In this document: piece by piece, positions 32,579 to 46,080 of the stretch
Layout of the letters: each line of letters opens with the position of its first letter
How positions within the stretch are numbered: position 1 is the stretch's first letter
Source: Blastocladiella emersonii ATCC 22665
Lineage: Eukaryota > Fungi > Blastocladiomycota
NCBI GenBank assembly: GCA_025594325.1
Contig: JANHCV010000008.1
Span: forward strand, 620,001 to 684,000
Direction of reading: 5' to 3'
DNA length: 64,000 nt
The notes under the pieces: generated by a model
The model's database searches: none
Seen by the model: the letters and a program-made list of their open reading frames with translations, nothing else
Told to the model about the DNA's origin: nothing
Made by a program: the position numbers and the translations under genes

Positions 32579-34444
32579 ATGGACTCGATGCAACCCAAAC
32601 TTGACGTGGCCGAGCTTCTGGCCGACATCCTAGTGCGCGCCGTCGCGATGCACGACCCGCTCGACTCGCGCGGCCTGCTCGAGTACGTGCGGGTGCTCCC
32701 GCGCGCGCGTGTACCCGAGGTCACCCGACTCGTCTTGCAACGGTGCCCGGCCTTCAGTGCTTCCGAGGCCACCAGCAGTGGGAACGTGGCGCTGTTGGAG
32801 TTGATCCGCGAGTGCAAGCTTGAATTGCGCGCCACTGCTCAGGCATTCGATCAAGTCCTGAAGCGAGGCGACGAGAACGTGCTTGCGTTCTGGCGCACTG
32901 CCGATCTCAATTTCCTTGCCAAAGTGCCCGTCGCGACGGACCTGCCGGTGGCGCTTGACGTGATCTACCTCGCCGAGTCGGGCGTCCCGCCGGGTGACGC
33001 AGATCTCGTCCGGTCCGTTGAAGGGATCGGCGGTGGCAACGTGACGGAGGTGGACATTTTCAACAAGCGGATCACGTCGAGCGGGATCGAGACACTCAAC
33101 CGTGCGCTTGCCATGCCCGACCAGCGCGTATCCTTGGTCTCGATGGCCGCATGCTATTTGAACGCGCACCTCGCGCGGCAGATGCGCTTTCCGCCGTCCG
33201 TCACCTCCCTTGATCTCTCGCACAACCGGTTCGGAATCACGGATGCCGATCGCCTCGCTTGCGACGGCGCTGACGTGACGCTCCTTCCACCTCGCCTTCA
33301 CGAGCTTCGCCTGGAATGTTGCGACATGTCCGACAAGTTTATGGCGTGGCTCATGGCGCAGTTTCCCACCTCGCTGGCAACGCTCGACTTGTCCAACAAT
33401 GTTCTTACCACAGACACGATCCGAGGGCTCATGGTCCATCTCCCACCAACGCTTCTCTGCCTCGACCTACATCGCTGCTGGCTAAAGCCCGCCGCAACCG
33501 CTCTCATCGCAGAGCATCTGCCCGTTGGCCTCACCGACCTCGATCTCACGGGGACCAGCATTGACGCTAATTGCGCATCCTTGCTCGCGAACCGCCTTCA
33601 ACTCGTGCCAAAGCTTCGCCGCCTTGTCCTGACCAGCTGTGCCCTGACTGACGCGGCAGTAGCGACCATCGTTTGTGCGCTTCCTGACGCCACGGAAGAA
33701 CTCGATCTTGATGGAAACTCTGTCCAGTGCGCGGGAGCGCGTGCGCTGGCTGCGCACGCCCTGCCACGGCTTTCCTCGCTGACCCTCGTCAACGTCAAGC
33801 TCACTGAAACATGCGTGTTGACGCTGACGCAAGGCCTTCCGTCAACCCTCGTCCGCCTCGATCTCTCCGCCAACACGATTCACGGCGACGAGCTCGTGGC
33901 CCTGCTCGACCGTATCGCGCGGACGGCCCCCGCGTTCCAGACGCTGGCCCTGAACAACTGCACCCTGCTCTCTTTGGATCTGGTCGCGTTTGGTCGATTC
34001 ATGCCCCGTACCTTGGCGGACTTGTCTCTCCGCTCCTTGAGCAGCGCGAGCGCCGGCCTCGGCGAGTTTCTCGGCGCCTTTTCGCCGTCGCCGTCGCCGT
34101 CGGCGCTGGCGCGGCTCGATCTCTCACTCACGTTTCTCGCCCGCGTCGATATCGAGTCGCTCGCGGCGTGGATCCCGTCGTCGGCACCATCGCTTCAGAT
34201 CCTGGACCTGTCCGGGTGCAGTTTGGACAGTGCCGGCGCGGCCCGCATCGTTTCCGCTCTCCCTCACTCGCTCGTCTCGCTGGATTTCGCGGAGAACTAC
34301 GTCGACGACGGCGTCGTCGATGCGCTGCAGGCGCAGGACCTCCCGTTGCTGGCCAGGGCCAACGTCCACGAAACTCACGTGACGAAGGATGGAGTCGCTC
34401 GGCTCAGACTTCTCCTGGAACAGCGAGCGCTTGAGCGGCAGTGA
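32579..34444 (+). CDS. LRR protein (RI-like repeats) with ankyrin-like N-terminal region, copy 2, apparently intact
   Basis: 621-aa uninterrupted ORF; N-terminal SGNVALLEL/RGDENVLAFW; at least 12 LxxLDL repeats. Confidence 0.9.
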   Translation: MDSMQPKLDVAELLADILVRAVAMHDPLDSRGLLEYVRVLPRARVPEVTRLVLQRCPAFSASEATSSGNVALLELIRECKLELRATAQAFDQVLKRGDENVLAFWRTADLNFLAKVPVATDLPVALDVIYLAESGVPPGDADLVRSVEGIGGGNVTEVDIFNKRITSSGIETLNRALAMPDQRVSLVSMAACYLNAHLARQMRFPPSVTSLDLSHNRFGITDADRLACDGADVTLLPPRLHELRLECCDMSDKFMAWLMAQFPTSLATLDLSNNVLTTDTIRGLMVHLPPTLLCLDLHRCWLKPAATALIAEHLPVGLTDLDLTGTSIDANCASLLANRLQLVPKLRRLVLTSCALTDAAVATIVCALPDATEELDLDGNSVQCAGARALAAHALPRLSSLTLVNVKLTETCVLTLTQGLPSTLVRLDLSANTIHGDELVALLDRIARTAPAFQTLALNNCTLLSLDLVAFGRFMPRTLADLSLRSLSSASAGLGEFLGAFSPSPSPSALARLDLSLTFLARVDIESLAAWIPSSAPSLQILDLSGCSLDSAGAARIVSALPHSLVSLDFAENYVDDGVVDALQAQDLPLLARANVHETHVTKDGVARLRLLLEQRALERQ

Positions 34445-35126
34445 CCTGTTGCTACCGACTCGCATCGAAAGTGTGACCTGGCATGAGATTCAAATAGAAT
34501 GGCGGCCGCCGTGGCCACGGCCGCGGGCTATCCGCTTCTGCACGCTCTCACTCACTCACGATTTACCTCGCTTTAGGCCGTCGCAGCGCAGGTGTTTCGA
34601 GGAGGTGGTGGTGGTCGACCACCACCCGGATAGCCCACATCCCTCGCTCCCGCGCCGCCACTGCGCACACGCGACGGGCGCGCCGGGCCTTGCGTTCCAT
34701 TCTCCCCTCATACCGACTTGTGTTCGGGGGCCGAGTGCAGGAATAAAATTCCCTGGCTGCTCGTATCCCGCCTCCACTATGTCGGCATCAACAGCGGGCT
34801 GCACCGTCCAACGCGGTTGTCGTTGCGCGGTCGAGTTGGAACCGCGTGCTTGAGCCGTTTCGCTTCGCCTCGCCAAACCGTGCGAGGCCAGAAGGCAGAG
34901 CGACTCGATGCCGGGAGCTGCTGCTGCTGCGGGGTTGGAAGGTCCAAGAGCCCCTCGACCCACCGCGTTCGGACTCGCGACGCGTCAGGAAAACACGTGC
35001 CGGGTGCGAGACACAGCGCAAGACACCGCGTCTCGCGCTCTGCTCCCGCTTGCTCAACCTCGCACCCAAGACCAGACATTTGGAGTTTCAACCGGTTTGT
35101 GTATCTAGTCTCTCGGCCCGCCACGC

Positions 35127-38100
35127 TCACACGAGCCCGAACCCCTTGGCGTTCTCGATCGCCGTGGTGAAATGCACCCGCAGCTTCTCCTTGTTCGCGT
35201 ACTCGGGCAGCAACAACCGCCCGAAACACGTCAGCGCGGTCGGCAGGCGGTCGCTGTCGGGCCCGTTCCGCTGCACGACGAACGTGAGACTGCCGAGCCC
35301 CTTGAGCGGGACACGATCGGATGCCGTGACGAACTCGAGCACCTTCTTCTTCTGCGCGGGCGCCATCGCATGCACAATGGACCAGAAGTCGCGGATCGTC
35401 GGGTGGCCAGCGTGGTACCCGTCGTCGTACTGGGCGGCCTTCTCGAGCGCCGAGAGGTCGAGGTCCATTTCGACGCCGCACATGAGGAGCTCGAGCTCCT
35501 CGGGGCGGCACATGCGCAGCGCGTACCCGCCGCACACCTGGAGGAACCCGCGGCGCAGGGCGCGCGCGGCGCGGTCGACGGACCGTTTCGTGACCCAGTC
35601 GACGTACAGGTTGACGTACTCGGCGCGGTTGGCGTTGGTGACGGGGATCGCGGACCCGTTGGGGACGAGCTCGACGGTGCGCACGGTGCCGAAGGCGGCG
35701 ACGGAGACGTCAAAGCTGCGGCAGAAGATGTCCTCGACGTCGCCGTCCGAGTCGGGCCAGTCGAGCAGCTGCTGCAGGCCGCGGCCGAGGTCGGGCCAGC
35801 CGTCCTTGACGTCGTCGAGCGTCGGCTGCTCGCCGAGGAGCCGCTTGTAGAAGACGCGCGGGAACCGGACGTCGACGATGACGCCGTTGTAGACGGCGAG
35901 GCCCAGGACGATCCCGACGAGCTCGAACTGGCGCGAGTTCTCGAGCGCCGCCGGGTTGAGCCACGAGTACCGGGTCTGGTCGTCGTACGTGAACATGCCG
36001 TAGACGGGGTCGAGCAGCTGCGCGAGGAGCACCTGAAAGAACTCCTTCTGGACGCCGCCCTGGTCCATGCCCTCCTCGTTGTTGAACTTGATCTTGAGCG
36101 GCTTCTTGAGGTCGCGCGCCTTGGCCGCGACCTGCGCCATGACGTCGTCGACGAGGTTCTGGCGCCCGACCTCGAGCACCAGGTACGGGTTGGTGACGTG
36201 GCGGAGCGACGCCTCGAGCTGCGAGCTGCGCGCCGCGTCCGCGAGCAGCATCTTCTGGGTGTGCACGACGAGCGCCTGCGACACGCACGCGTCCTCGTAC
36301 TCCTGCGACATCTGCACCATGGCGTCAATGTGCATGATGCGCGCCTTGGCCGCCGGGTCGAACAGGAACGGGTAGTTGAAGAAGGAGAACTCGTCGACGA
36401 CGGCGACGGGCGCGCCGGGCGCCGGCATCGTGCCGGCGGGGTCGCCCGACCCGGCAGCCGCGGCGGCGGCGGCCCCGCGCTCGAGGATCCGGCGCCACGT
36501 GCGGTACTCGTCCTTGAACACGAGCTGCGCGTTGAGCGTCGGGTTATAGAACTCGGAGTAGTCGACGACGGGCTCGCCGACCTCGTTGGCCGAGTACAGG
36601 AGCCCGAGGCACCGGACCGCGGCGACCACCCCATCATCCGGTTTCGGGGACGGGTAGTAGTGCGCCGACAGGTACGCGTGGACACGCTTGACGACCGCGC
36701 GGAACTCGGCGGGCGGGTAGGTGCTGAGCCACGCGACGAGCGCGGCTTTCGCTTTCGGCCGCAGCCGCGTGAGCAGCAGGAGGAGCGGGCGGAACAGGGA
36801 CTCGTAGTGGGCGCGGTCGTCGAGCAGCGGGTTGGCGAGCAACACCAAAATCTGCGCGAGCTTCGGCTTCGAGTCGAACGCCGCCGCCGGGTCCATGGCG
36901 AGCCGCGCGAGCAGCAGCTCGAGCGCTTCCGTCACGGCGAGCGTGTACGCGGGCGCCGGGTGCATGGCGAGGATCAGGTCAAACGTCTCGCGGATGCTCG
37001 CGATGTCGAGGCGCGACGCGTGCGGCGGCGGAGTGGTCCCCACAAACCGGAAGCTGTGGGTGAGCGCCTGCGGCGACGAGAAGACGTGGCGGATCGACGC
37101 GAGGAGGAACTCGTGTGCGTCGTCGTCGAGGTCGGCGCCCGGCTCGCGCGGCTCCGTCACGGCGCCGTCGGCGGGCTCCGACAGCCGCGCGAGGGTGTCG
37201 ACCCAGATCTGCTTGGTCAGGTACTTGAGGACGCGGCCGGGCGGCTGCGCCGCGGGCGCGTCGTCGTCGTCGCCACCCGCCGAGGTCGCGTCGGCGAGCG
37301 AGGTCATGGACACGGACGCGGGGAGGCCGCCCGTCGACTGGCGCAGGCGCGTGGCGGGGGTCGAGTAGTTGGACACGGACGCGGCGTCGTCGTCGGGTTC
37401 CACGATCGCGGACGTCGAAGCGCCGGTGAGCGAGGACAGCGGGCCGGTGACGATCTGCTGCGAGATGCTGCGCGTGAGGCGCGACGTCATGCTGAGCAGG
37501 TGGCCGGGGAGGTCGAGGAGGTGGATCCCACCGCCCGACGCGCCGGCAGGTTTGCCGCCGCCGCCGTCGATCTTGTTCTCGAGGACGATATCGCTCGCCG
37601 CTGACGTTGCGCGGAGCCGCTCGTTGGACCCCGACCGCACGAGCTCGCCCTCCACCCGCTTCGCGGCCGCGGCAGGGACGGGCGGGACGGGCGGCGCGCT
37701 TGCGGGGGTCTGGAAGATGGACGCGAACGCGGACGACGCGAGCATCGAGTGGAGGAACGGCGTCGGCGAGGGGCTCCGCCCCCGTGCGGGCGTCGTCGAC
37801 GACGACGAGCGCGTAGTCCCGCGCGCAGACCCGCGGACGACGGCGGGCGAGCCGGGGGCCGAGGGCGGGAGCGACGACGCGGTGGACGCGCTGCCCGAGA
37901 AGACGGAGGCGTCGAGAAACCCGTTGGTCGAGGGCGGAACCGCCACATCGGGCTCGGCGGGGCACCGCGGGCAGAAGAGCGGGCGCGGGCGCGCGGCGAG
38001 CTGGACGGCGAGGACCGCGGCGGCGTCGGGGAGGAGCCGCTGGCACGCCGGGTGCGACCGGCACAGTTTCGTGGTGCAGGTCGGGTCGCCGCAGCCGACG

Positions 38101-38383
38101 GTCAGCTGGAAGTAGTAGCTACACGATAGGTGTGGGTCAGCCATGGGTCGAACACGGCACGCGGTGCAAGCAAGTCGTACCGGCGCACGTTGGTCTCAAA
38201 CTTGAGCCGCGCGGCCGCCGCCGCCGCGTCGTTGGCGACGGGCGCGTCCTGCAGGCTGTGGAACAGGTTCGGGTCGGACAGGACGGCCTGCAGGCCGGCG
38301 GACCGCGAGGTGCGGGCGACGGCGGGGCTGGCGCGCGGCGGTTCGGGCGACGGGACGCCGGGCGGCGGGGTTGGCGTTGACAT
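35127..38383 (-). CDS. HECT E3 ubiquitin ligase, UBE3A/E6AP-like, with N-terminal AZUL zinc motif
   Basis: After one intron near 38120-38177: RYYFQLTVGCGDPTCTTKLC. FSFFNYPFLF, LKKPLKIKF..EEGMDQGGVQKEFF, DSDRLPTALTCF (catalytic Cys), AIENAKGFGLV*. Confidence 0.93.
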
Positions 38384-38709
38384 GATGATGATGGTTTGCT
38401 GCTGTGTTGCGTTGGAGGGGAGAGAGCGAGGGTTCCGGAAGAGGGAGCGCCGGCGGGTTTTGCGGTCAGGGCGGGATGAGTCGAACGGGCGGGCGGGCGA
38501 GCAAGAAGTCGAGGGTCGCTGAGGGGCTCACTGAGCGCGTTGCATGCAGTCTTTCAATCAACCAAGCGTGTTCGCTGTCAGCGAGGAAAGAGAGAAGGGA
38601 TGGGGGGAGAGAAGAGTTGGGAAAAAGTCACCGCAAAATGTTCCACGCGCCTCCCAACCGGCCGCACAGTCATCAGCTGACGCATGTATCCCACGTATAT
38701 TCCGCCATA

Positions 38710-40578
38710 TCACTCGTCCGTGACACACCCCTCGCTCGCGCTCTTGACGAGCTTGACGTACTTGGCGAGCGTGCCGCGGCTATACTTGGCCGGCGGCGGC
38801 GTCCACTTGGCGCGCCGCTGCGCCATCACCTCCTCGCTGACATGCAGCGTGATGGCGCGGTCCGTCGCGTCAATCGTGATCTTGTCCCCGTTCTCGACGA
38901 GCGCGATCGGCCCGCCGACGGCCGCCTCGGGCGCGACGTGGCCCATGATGAACCCGTGCGACCCGCCCGAGAACCGGCCGTCGGTCATGAGGGCCACGTC
39001 CTTGCCGAGCCCGGCGCCCATGATGGCCGACGTCGGCGTGAGCATCTCGGGCATCCCGGGCCCGCCCTTGGGGCCCTCGTACCGGATGATGACCACGTCG
39101 CCCTTCTTGATCTCGCCGCGCTCGAGCGCTGCCAGCATCGCCTCCTCGCCGTCAAACACGGCCGCCGTGCCCTCGAACCGCAGGCCCTCCTTGCCCGTGA
39201 TCTTGGCGACGGCGCCCTCGGGCGCCAGGTTGCCGTACAGGATCTGGATGTGGCCCGACGGCTTGATGGGCTGCGAGACCGGGAAGAAGACCTTTTGCCC
39301 GTCCGTGAGCCCCGGCAGCGAGTGCAGGTTCTCGCCGAGCGACTTGCCCGTGACCGTGAGCGGGGTCGGGTCCACGAGACCCTGCTCCACCAAATACTTG
39401 AGGACGGCGGGGGTCCCGCCGACGGCGTGCAGGTCGGCCATGACGTACTTGCCCGACGGCTTGAGGTCGGCGAGGAACGGGACCGCGTCGGAGACCGTCT
39501 GGAAGTCGTTGAGCGACAGGTCGACGCCGACGGCGCGCGCCATGGCCAGCAGGTGCAGCACCGCGTTGGTGCTCCCGCCGAGCGCCATGATCGTGACCAT
39601 GGCGTTGCGGAACGCGGCCCGGGTCATGATATCGCGCGGCTTGATATCGCGCTCGAGCAGGTGGCGCACCGCCAAACCGGCGCGGTGGCACTCGTCGACC
39701 TTGGCCGGGTCCATGGCGGGCGTCGAGCTCGAGTACGGCAGCGTCATGCCCATGGCCTCGATCGCCGACGCCATCGTGTTGGCCGTGTACATGCCGCCGC
39801 ACGCGCCGGGGCCGGGGCACGCGTGCGCGACGACCTCGGCGCGCTCGGCCTCGGAAATCTTGCCCGACAGGAACTCGCCGTACGACTGGAACGCCGACAC
39901 GATATCGAGCTGCTCCGCGCCGCGGCACGGCGCGCGGCCCGCCTGGATCGTGCCGCCGTACACCATGAGGGCGGGGCGGTTGAGGCGGCCCATGGCGATC
40001 ATGCACCCGGGCATGTTCTTGTCGCAGCCCGGGATCGCGACATTCGCGTCGTACCACTGCGCCGACATGACCGTCTCGATCGAGTCGGCAATGATCTCGC
40101 GCGACTGCAGCGAGAAGCGCATCCCGGGGGTCCCGTTCGAGATGCCGTCCGACACGCCGATCGTGTTGAACCGGTACCCGACGAGCCCCGCCCGCGTCAC
40201 GCCCGCCTTGACGTGCGCGGCCAGGTCGTTGAGGTGCATGTTGCACGGGTTGCCCTCGTACCACACGGACGAGATGCCGACCTGCGGCAGCGCGAGGTCT
40301 GACTGCGAGATGCCCGTTGCGAGGACTAGCGTGGGGCGGTCGTTAGTCGCACTCACTGGTTCGAGTGCGGGAGCAGACGTACGCTGGGCCTGGCTCGCGC
40401 CCTGCGACTTTGGCTCCGTGATCCGCTTCGAGTAGCGGTTGAGCCCGCGCGCGACGGGCGGCAGCGCGGCGAAGGCGGCCGACGTCGCGGCCGTCATGGG
40501 CGTGCCCGCGATCGTGCTCGAGTGCCGCGCCGCGAGGATGGTGGCGGCGGTGCGCCGGTTGAGGATAGAGCGATACAT
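38710..40578 (-). CDS. ILV3: Dihydroxy-acid dehydratase with mitochondrial presequence, one intron
   Basis: [80 protein letters not shown]. Confidence 0.96.
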   Translation of the reverse strand: MYRSILNRRTAATILAARHSSTIAGTPMTAATSAAFAALPPVARGLNRYSKRITEPKSQGASQAQRTSAPALEPVSATNDRPTLVLATGISQSDLALPQVGISSVWYEGNPCNMHLNDLAAHVKAGVTRAGLVGYRFNTIGVSDGISNGTPGMRFSLQSREIIADSIETVMSAQWYDANVAIPGCDKNMPGCMIAMGRLNRPALMVYGGTIQAGRAPCRGAEQLDIVSAFQSYGEFLSGKISEAERAEVVAHACPGPGACGGMYTANTMASAIEAMGMTLPYSSSTPAMDPAKVDECHRAGLAVRHLLERDIKPRDIMTRAAFRNAMVTIMALGGSTNAVLHLLAMARAVGVDLSLNDFQTVSDAVPFLADLKPSGKYVMADLHAVGGTPAVLKYLVEQGLVDPTPLTVTGKSLGENLHSLPGLTDGQKVFFPVSQPIKPSGHIQILYGNLAPEGAVAKITGKEGLRFEGTAAVFDGEEAMLAALERGEIKKGDVVIIRYEGPKGGPGMPEMLTPTSAIMGAGLGKDVALMTDGRFSGGSHGFIMGHVAPEAAVGGPIALVENGDKITIDATDRAITLHVSEEVMAQRRAKWTPPPAKYSRGTLAKYVKLVKSASEGCVTDE

Positions 40579-40841
40579 GGTTGAGTGTGCTAGTTGAGAG
40601 AGCGCAGGGTCTCCGCGCAAGGTCGGCTTTTGTACGGCGCTTCGCATCGCAATCTCCGTTCGCGGCGTGAATCCCCGGCCGCGACGCGTGAGTCGGCGCC
40701 CCACGTGCGGCGTGGCGCTCACGCGGACAGGCGACGCGCCGACGAATCGAATATCCCGGCGCGTGCGCCAATATCTGACTGGCCGGGCCCGCCAAAGGGA
40801 GACACAAAAATACGCCTGCACATCTATCTATCACGCGTCTT

Positions 40842-41782
40842 CTACGGCAGCGTGACAGCCTCATCCAGCCGCGCCTTGAGCACCACCTCGGGGTCGATCC
40901 CGACGGGCTCGCCGGTCCACGTCCCGCCGAGCGCCGTCGGCGTGTGCTCGGGCGGGAGCAGCTGCGCGAGGCGGTCGCGCACGACGCGGTCGGCCACAAA
41001 GTTCACTTTCTCGGCGGTCGCCGGGTCGAGGAACGGGCGCACCACGGCCCAGATGACCGTCGTCAGCCAGTTGCCCGGGTACACGTACAGCTCGTCGAGG
41101 ATCTCGGGAAAGTGCGCGTTGAACGTCGCGGCCACCTCCTTGGCCATGGCCAGGTCGCGGTGTTTCGGCGACGCGCCGTCGCGCGAGACCAGCAGAACGA
41201 TGCGGTCCGCGGCGCGGCCCTGCCGCCACAGAAAGTAGACTTGCCGGATCATGAACCGCACGAGACGCGGGAGGGAGGGCGGGTCCGGCATGTGCAGCCG
41301 GCTGCGCCAGACGTGCACCGTGCGGCCCGTGGTGGTGGGGTGCGGCAGCGCGTAGAACTTGCCGCTGGCTTCGAGGTCGCCGAAGTCTTCGGTCGCGATC
41401 GACGCAAAGTTGAAGTCGCGGCGCCACTCCTACACACATGGTGCCGCTCGTGAGCGTGGGTTGGGCGGTAGCGCGCAGTGAGTGTACCAGCGTCGCGCGG
41501 ATCCGCGCCCGCGCCGCGGCCTCGTCGCCCTTGTTCGCGACCAGGAACTTGTACACCTCGACCTCGGTCATGCCCTGCACGTCGAGCGCGACCAGGTCGG
41601 CGTCGCTGCGGACCGACTCGACGAACGTCTAGTTTCGGGGGACAACGTCAGACATGCCCCTGAGACGCGTCGCGGTGACGTGGGCGGGGACGCGTATGTA
41701 CCCGCGCGTCGTCCGGCACGCTTGTGAACGTCCACGATGAGGATGATGCATCCGGTGGCGTCTGATCCATGGCAGCCGTCAT
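40842..41782 (-). CDS. CRAL-TRIO (Sec14-like) lipid-binding protein (multi-exon)
   Basis: YKFLVANKGD..AA, EWRRDF, HFPEILDELYVYPGNW, IWAVVRPFLDPATAEKVNFV. Confidence 0.85.
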
Positions 41783-42753
41783 TGCGTACGGTGGTGGGGC
41801 GAGGGAGCGCGAGGACGGCGCGGGTCGCCACCGCATGTCACCCGAGCGCGGGCCGCTTCTCACAGTCCTCTCTCCTCTCCTCTCTCTCGGCCCCTCGCAC
41901 GATGCAGCCGCGCGGACGCGCTTGGCCGAATACATGACATGATGGCACTCGATGCATTCGTTCGCGGTCTCAGACCTCTGCGGCGGCAGCGCGGCGACGG
42001 CGTGCGATGGAGCGCTCGGCCCGCCTTCGCTGCTTCGATGACGACGCGGTGCCCTGCGAGGTGCCCTGCCCTGCCCTTCCCTCACGGTGCGCACTTGCCC
42101 GGCCCACGCAGTGACGCTTCGTGACCCATCCTGCGTCCGTCCCTGCCGCCGCGCCACTCCGCAGCAGCGGCGACGGCCGCACCGCACCGTTGTTCGCGGC
42201 GGCGGGTGCTCGCGGCGACCGAGTCCGGACCGCGACGCGACGTGAGCGACGCGACGCGACCCGATGCAACGTGCCCGTGACGCCGTCGCTCAACTCAAAC
42301 TCTGTTTTCTAGAGAGAGGAGCGTGGGCTGGGCAACCGATTTTTGAGTTGCCAGGGCGGATTCCAGCGGCCCTGATTGGCGCGCGATCGACGTCGGCGCC
42401 TAGCGAACCAATCAGCCGCCGCGGTTTTGGGTTTCGCGACCACTCGCGAACACCGACGCGTGAGCGGGGAGCGCGAGCGACCAAGAGGTTTGGTCGGCCT
42501 GGATAAGAATCCTGCTCGGCCGGCCGGCCTTCCCGCTCGCTTGCTCAGCTCGAGCTGGCTCTCGCAGCGCCTCCCGTCCTCGCCGCTCGCGCTCGCGCGC
42601 TCTCTCTCCCCACTCGCCGTTCTTGCCTCGCCCGGCAGATCATCGAATTCGCGCCTTGCTCGCACTCTTGCACATCTACGCATCAACAACCACTACGCGA
42701 CCGACCGACCTCTTGCAACCACCACCGCCACCGTCGTCGCCGTCACCACCACC

Positions 42754-45700
42754 ATGTTCGCGCCGAACAACAACCTGACGTCGTGGTCGTGGACCGACGA
42801 GCTGCTCTCGATCGTGCTCCTGCTCGTCGCCGCCACCACCATCCTCTTCACCCTCGTCCACAGCTTCATGCACTTGGTACTCTTCCCTCCCCTCCCTTCC
42901 TCGCGCGAGGCGACGCCCGCGCTCGCTGGCTCGCGTCAGCCACCCTGTGCAGCAACAGCCATCTGATCCGCCGCTTCCGCACGCGTCTCTAGTGGTGCTT
43001 CTACGGGATCGCGCAGATCGGGCGCAAGGAGGGCCGGCTGGGCTCGGTGCAGACCTTCAACCAGGGCGAGGGCCGCGGCCGCGTCATCATGTGCATCCTG
43101 ATCGGCGGGTTCTACGCGCTGTTCATCGGCTTCTTCCTCGTCACGGTCCTGATGCTCCTGTCGAGCAAGCAGTACGCGCCCGAGTGGATGCGCATGCCGT
43201 GGCAGCCGCTGAGCCCCGACGAGCTCAAGTCGCTCTTCTACGGCTTCTTCATCATCTACGCGTCGCCCGCCGTCATCTCCGCCATCACCACCACCATCGC
43301 CTTCGTCTACGACCGCATCAAGATGAGTAAGCTCAAGGCCCGCAAGGCCGACGCCGACGCCCGCCGCGGGTACTCCGGTGGCGCCGCGGCGACGTCCGAG
43401 GCCGGGTTCCACGACAACCCCGCGTCCGCGGCGGTCACCGCCGGCCAGCGGTCGTACGACTGGGACAAGGACGTGATCATTCTCGTGCCCACGTACCAGG
43501 AGCCCCTCTCCAACCTCCTCTCGACCATCTCCGCCATCACCGAGTCCGACTACCCGCCCGAGAAGATCCACGTGCTCGTCGGCTTCGACGACGACAGCGA
43601 GAAGACGCTCACCACCATGTTCACCATCGAGCGCATCCTCAACGGCGGCGTCGTGCACGGGTACAACGGCCAGGGCGCGGCAACGGCGGGCGGCAGCCCA
43701 AGCAGCTCCCGCTCCGGCTCGTATGCCGCGGGCGAGTACGATTTGGGCGCCAACACCAACCCGTACGGCGGCAACGGCGGCGACACGGACTCGCTCCCCG
43801 CGTACGACGACCTGCCGAGCGCCAAGGGCCGCAACAAGTACAACGGCCTGCTCAAGATCGCGCACCTGACGCGGTCGTCGGTTGATCTCCGCAGCGGGGC
43901 CAGCCCGGCGTCCATGGCCTCGCTCCCGCCGCCGTCCGCCCTCTCGCTCGCCTTCGACGACGTCCCCGAGGAGGACCCGCGCGCCATCGAGATCAACTAC
44001 CGCAACATCAAGTACACGATCGCCCGCTACGAGCACGGCGGCAAGCTGCACACCCAGGCCAAAATGTTTGCCCTTGTCGAGGAGCGCGTCAACGCCGGTG
44101 TCTACCCGCGCGACGCCCTGCTCCTGTTCGTCGACTCGGACACGACCCTCGTGCCGTCCACGATCCGCAAGTTCGTCGACCACTTCGAGGTCCACAAGTC
44201 GCGCGCGTGTGCGACTGGTACGCCGGCATCGCGTCGCAGGTTTCGTACGGGCTCGAGCTGACGTTTTGCGTCGTGTTCCTGTGTAGGCTTCATCGTCTCG
44301 CGCAACGGCCACGGCAACAACTTCCTCCAGCAGATGCAGGATGTACGTTGCTCGCTCGTTCTCCCTCTCATCGCCGATCTCGCGTGCGCTCGCCTCGACC
44401 GCTACAGGCCTGCGCAGCCCGCCGGGTCGCTCCTTCCGCTTCTGCCCTCTCCCCTCGCACTCCCCTCGCTCGTGACGGCCCTCGCTCGACGCCGCTCTCC
44501 CACAACGCACCATTCATTCACACCTTATCGTTCTACTCCGACACCATCCTTCACACTTGCTGCTCGTGCTACTCGTCGCGTGCACTCGTTGTCGCTTGAC
44601 TCGCGGCTCGCTTGGATCGACGCGGACTCGCTCCATGAAGCGCTCGCTCGACGCACCCTCATTCCACATCGCCTTCCTCCGCGACCCTTCACCTCGCCGA
44701 TAATCCCCTCTACGACTACTCGCTGTCGTGTCGCGCCGGACTCGACGTCGCCTGTCGTCGGTGACGACCGTGGTCGGTGAGTCACCTCGAAGTGTGGCGC
44801 ACCGCGACCTCTACCTCCACCTCGACCGCCCTCGCCCCACTACCACTCAACACCCGAACCACCCACTCACACCACTCGTGCGCTCTCGAATAGGCCGAGT
44901 ACATTTTCATGCAGGTCTCGATGCGCTACGTCGAGGCGTCGTTCGGCAGTGTCACCTGTCTCCCCGGCGCGCTGACCATGATCAAGTACTCGATCATGTC
45001 GGAGCTCGCCAAGATCTACTTCCACCAGCCCGACGTCGACTCGACCTTCGAGTTCTGCCGCCGCAAGCTCGGCGAGGACCGGTTCCTGACGCATCTCGCC
45101 ATGGAGTACCTCGGCCCGTTCTCGATCGGGTTCGTGCCCGACGCCGTGTCCAAGACCGAGGCGCCCAACCTCTTCTACGACCTGCTGCGGCAGCGCCGGC
45201 GCTGGCTCCTCGGGTCGCTCACCAACGAGCTGTACATGGTGACCACGCCGTCCTTCCTCGTCAAGTACCCGGCGCTCATGGCTCTTCGCATTATCTCGAT
45301 CATGCGCCTCGGAGGAACTGTCCTTTACGTCGCCTTGGTTGAGGCGATTATCCTTTTAGCAGATCATCCAGAGCAGTTCACGGCGCTCGACTTTGTGGTC
45401 CTGCTTGGTACGCCCATCATGTTCTGGTGCTTCCTCACGGGCTGGGCCGTGTGGCAGCGTCGCATCAAGTCGCTGTTCTTCTTCTTCTTCTACATCCTCG
45501 GCAACCAGATCCTCGAGCTCCTGTACTACGCGTACTCGCTGTGGACGCTGCGCGAGCGGACCTGGGGCGGGCCGCGCGCCGCCGGCGAGACCGAGACCGA
45601 CCAGTCCGCGACCTCCATGGCCGTCGACACGAGCGCGGCGCCGTCCTACTCGATGCCGTACACGCCGCCCGCGTCCGGCGCACCGAGCCCCATGTTCCAG

Positions 45701-45787
45701 CCCAGCCAACCCGGCGCCAACGGCGGGTCCCCGCTCGCGATCCAGCCGACGTACTGGTCGCAGCAGCAGCAGCCGCTGCAGCGGTAA
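42754..45787 (+). CDS. Chitin synthase (GT2), multi-exon
   Basis: HGGKLHTQ, LFVDSDT, VTCLPGALTM, LGEDRFLT, QRRRW, ERTWGGPR. N-terminal hydrophobic segments; introns include one of about 550 bp (about 44344-44893). Confidence 0.93.
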
Positions 45788-46080
45788 GGCGTTGTTCGTT
45801 GGCCCTGTGTGTCGTTGTTGTGTCATTATTCCCCCCCCTCCCCCATTTATCTTAGTGCTTCGCTTGTATACCTGTGCTTGTTGCTCACCTTCCATGGTCA
45901 CTCTTGAGTCTTACGCGAGAATGATTGCTGAATGAAATGCGAGTTGGCCTTGCTGAGCGCGGAATGGACGGATATAATGATCAGAATCAGGAATTGGAGG
46001 TGAGTTCACCGCGCTCCAATGTACCCTGCAAGCTTTCTTGATCTCGATCGTGATCCCGTGCCAGTTGAGATTTGATCGGC

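Noticed and set aside
35172-37604. Long antisense ORFs (810 aa here; also 38404..40302, 42936..44513, 51991..53415, 19718..20983)
   Set aside because: Shadow frames of high-GC3 genes; Arg/Ala-rich with no motifs.
40579-40821. N-terminal extension of ILV3 in the ORF track
   Set aside because: The ATG at 40578 gives a typical mitochondrial presequence; the extension is intergenic-like and abuts the CRAL-TRIO stop.
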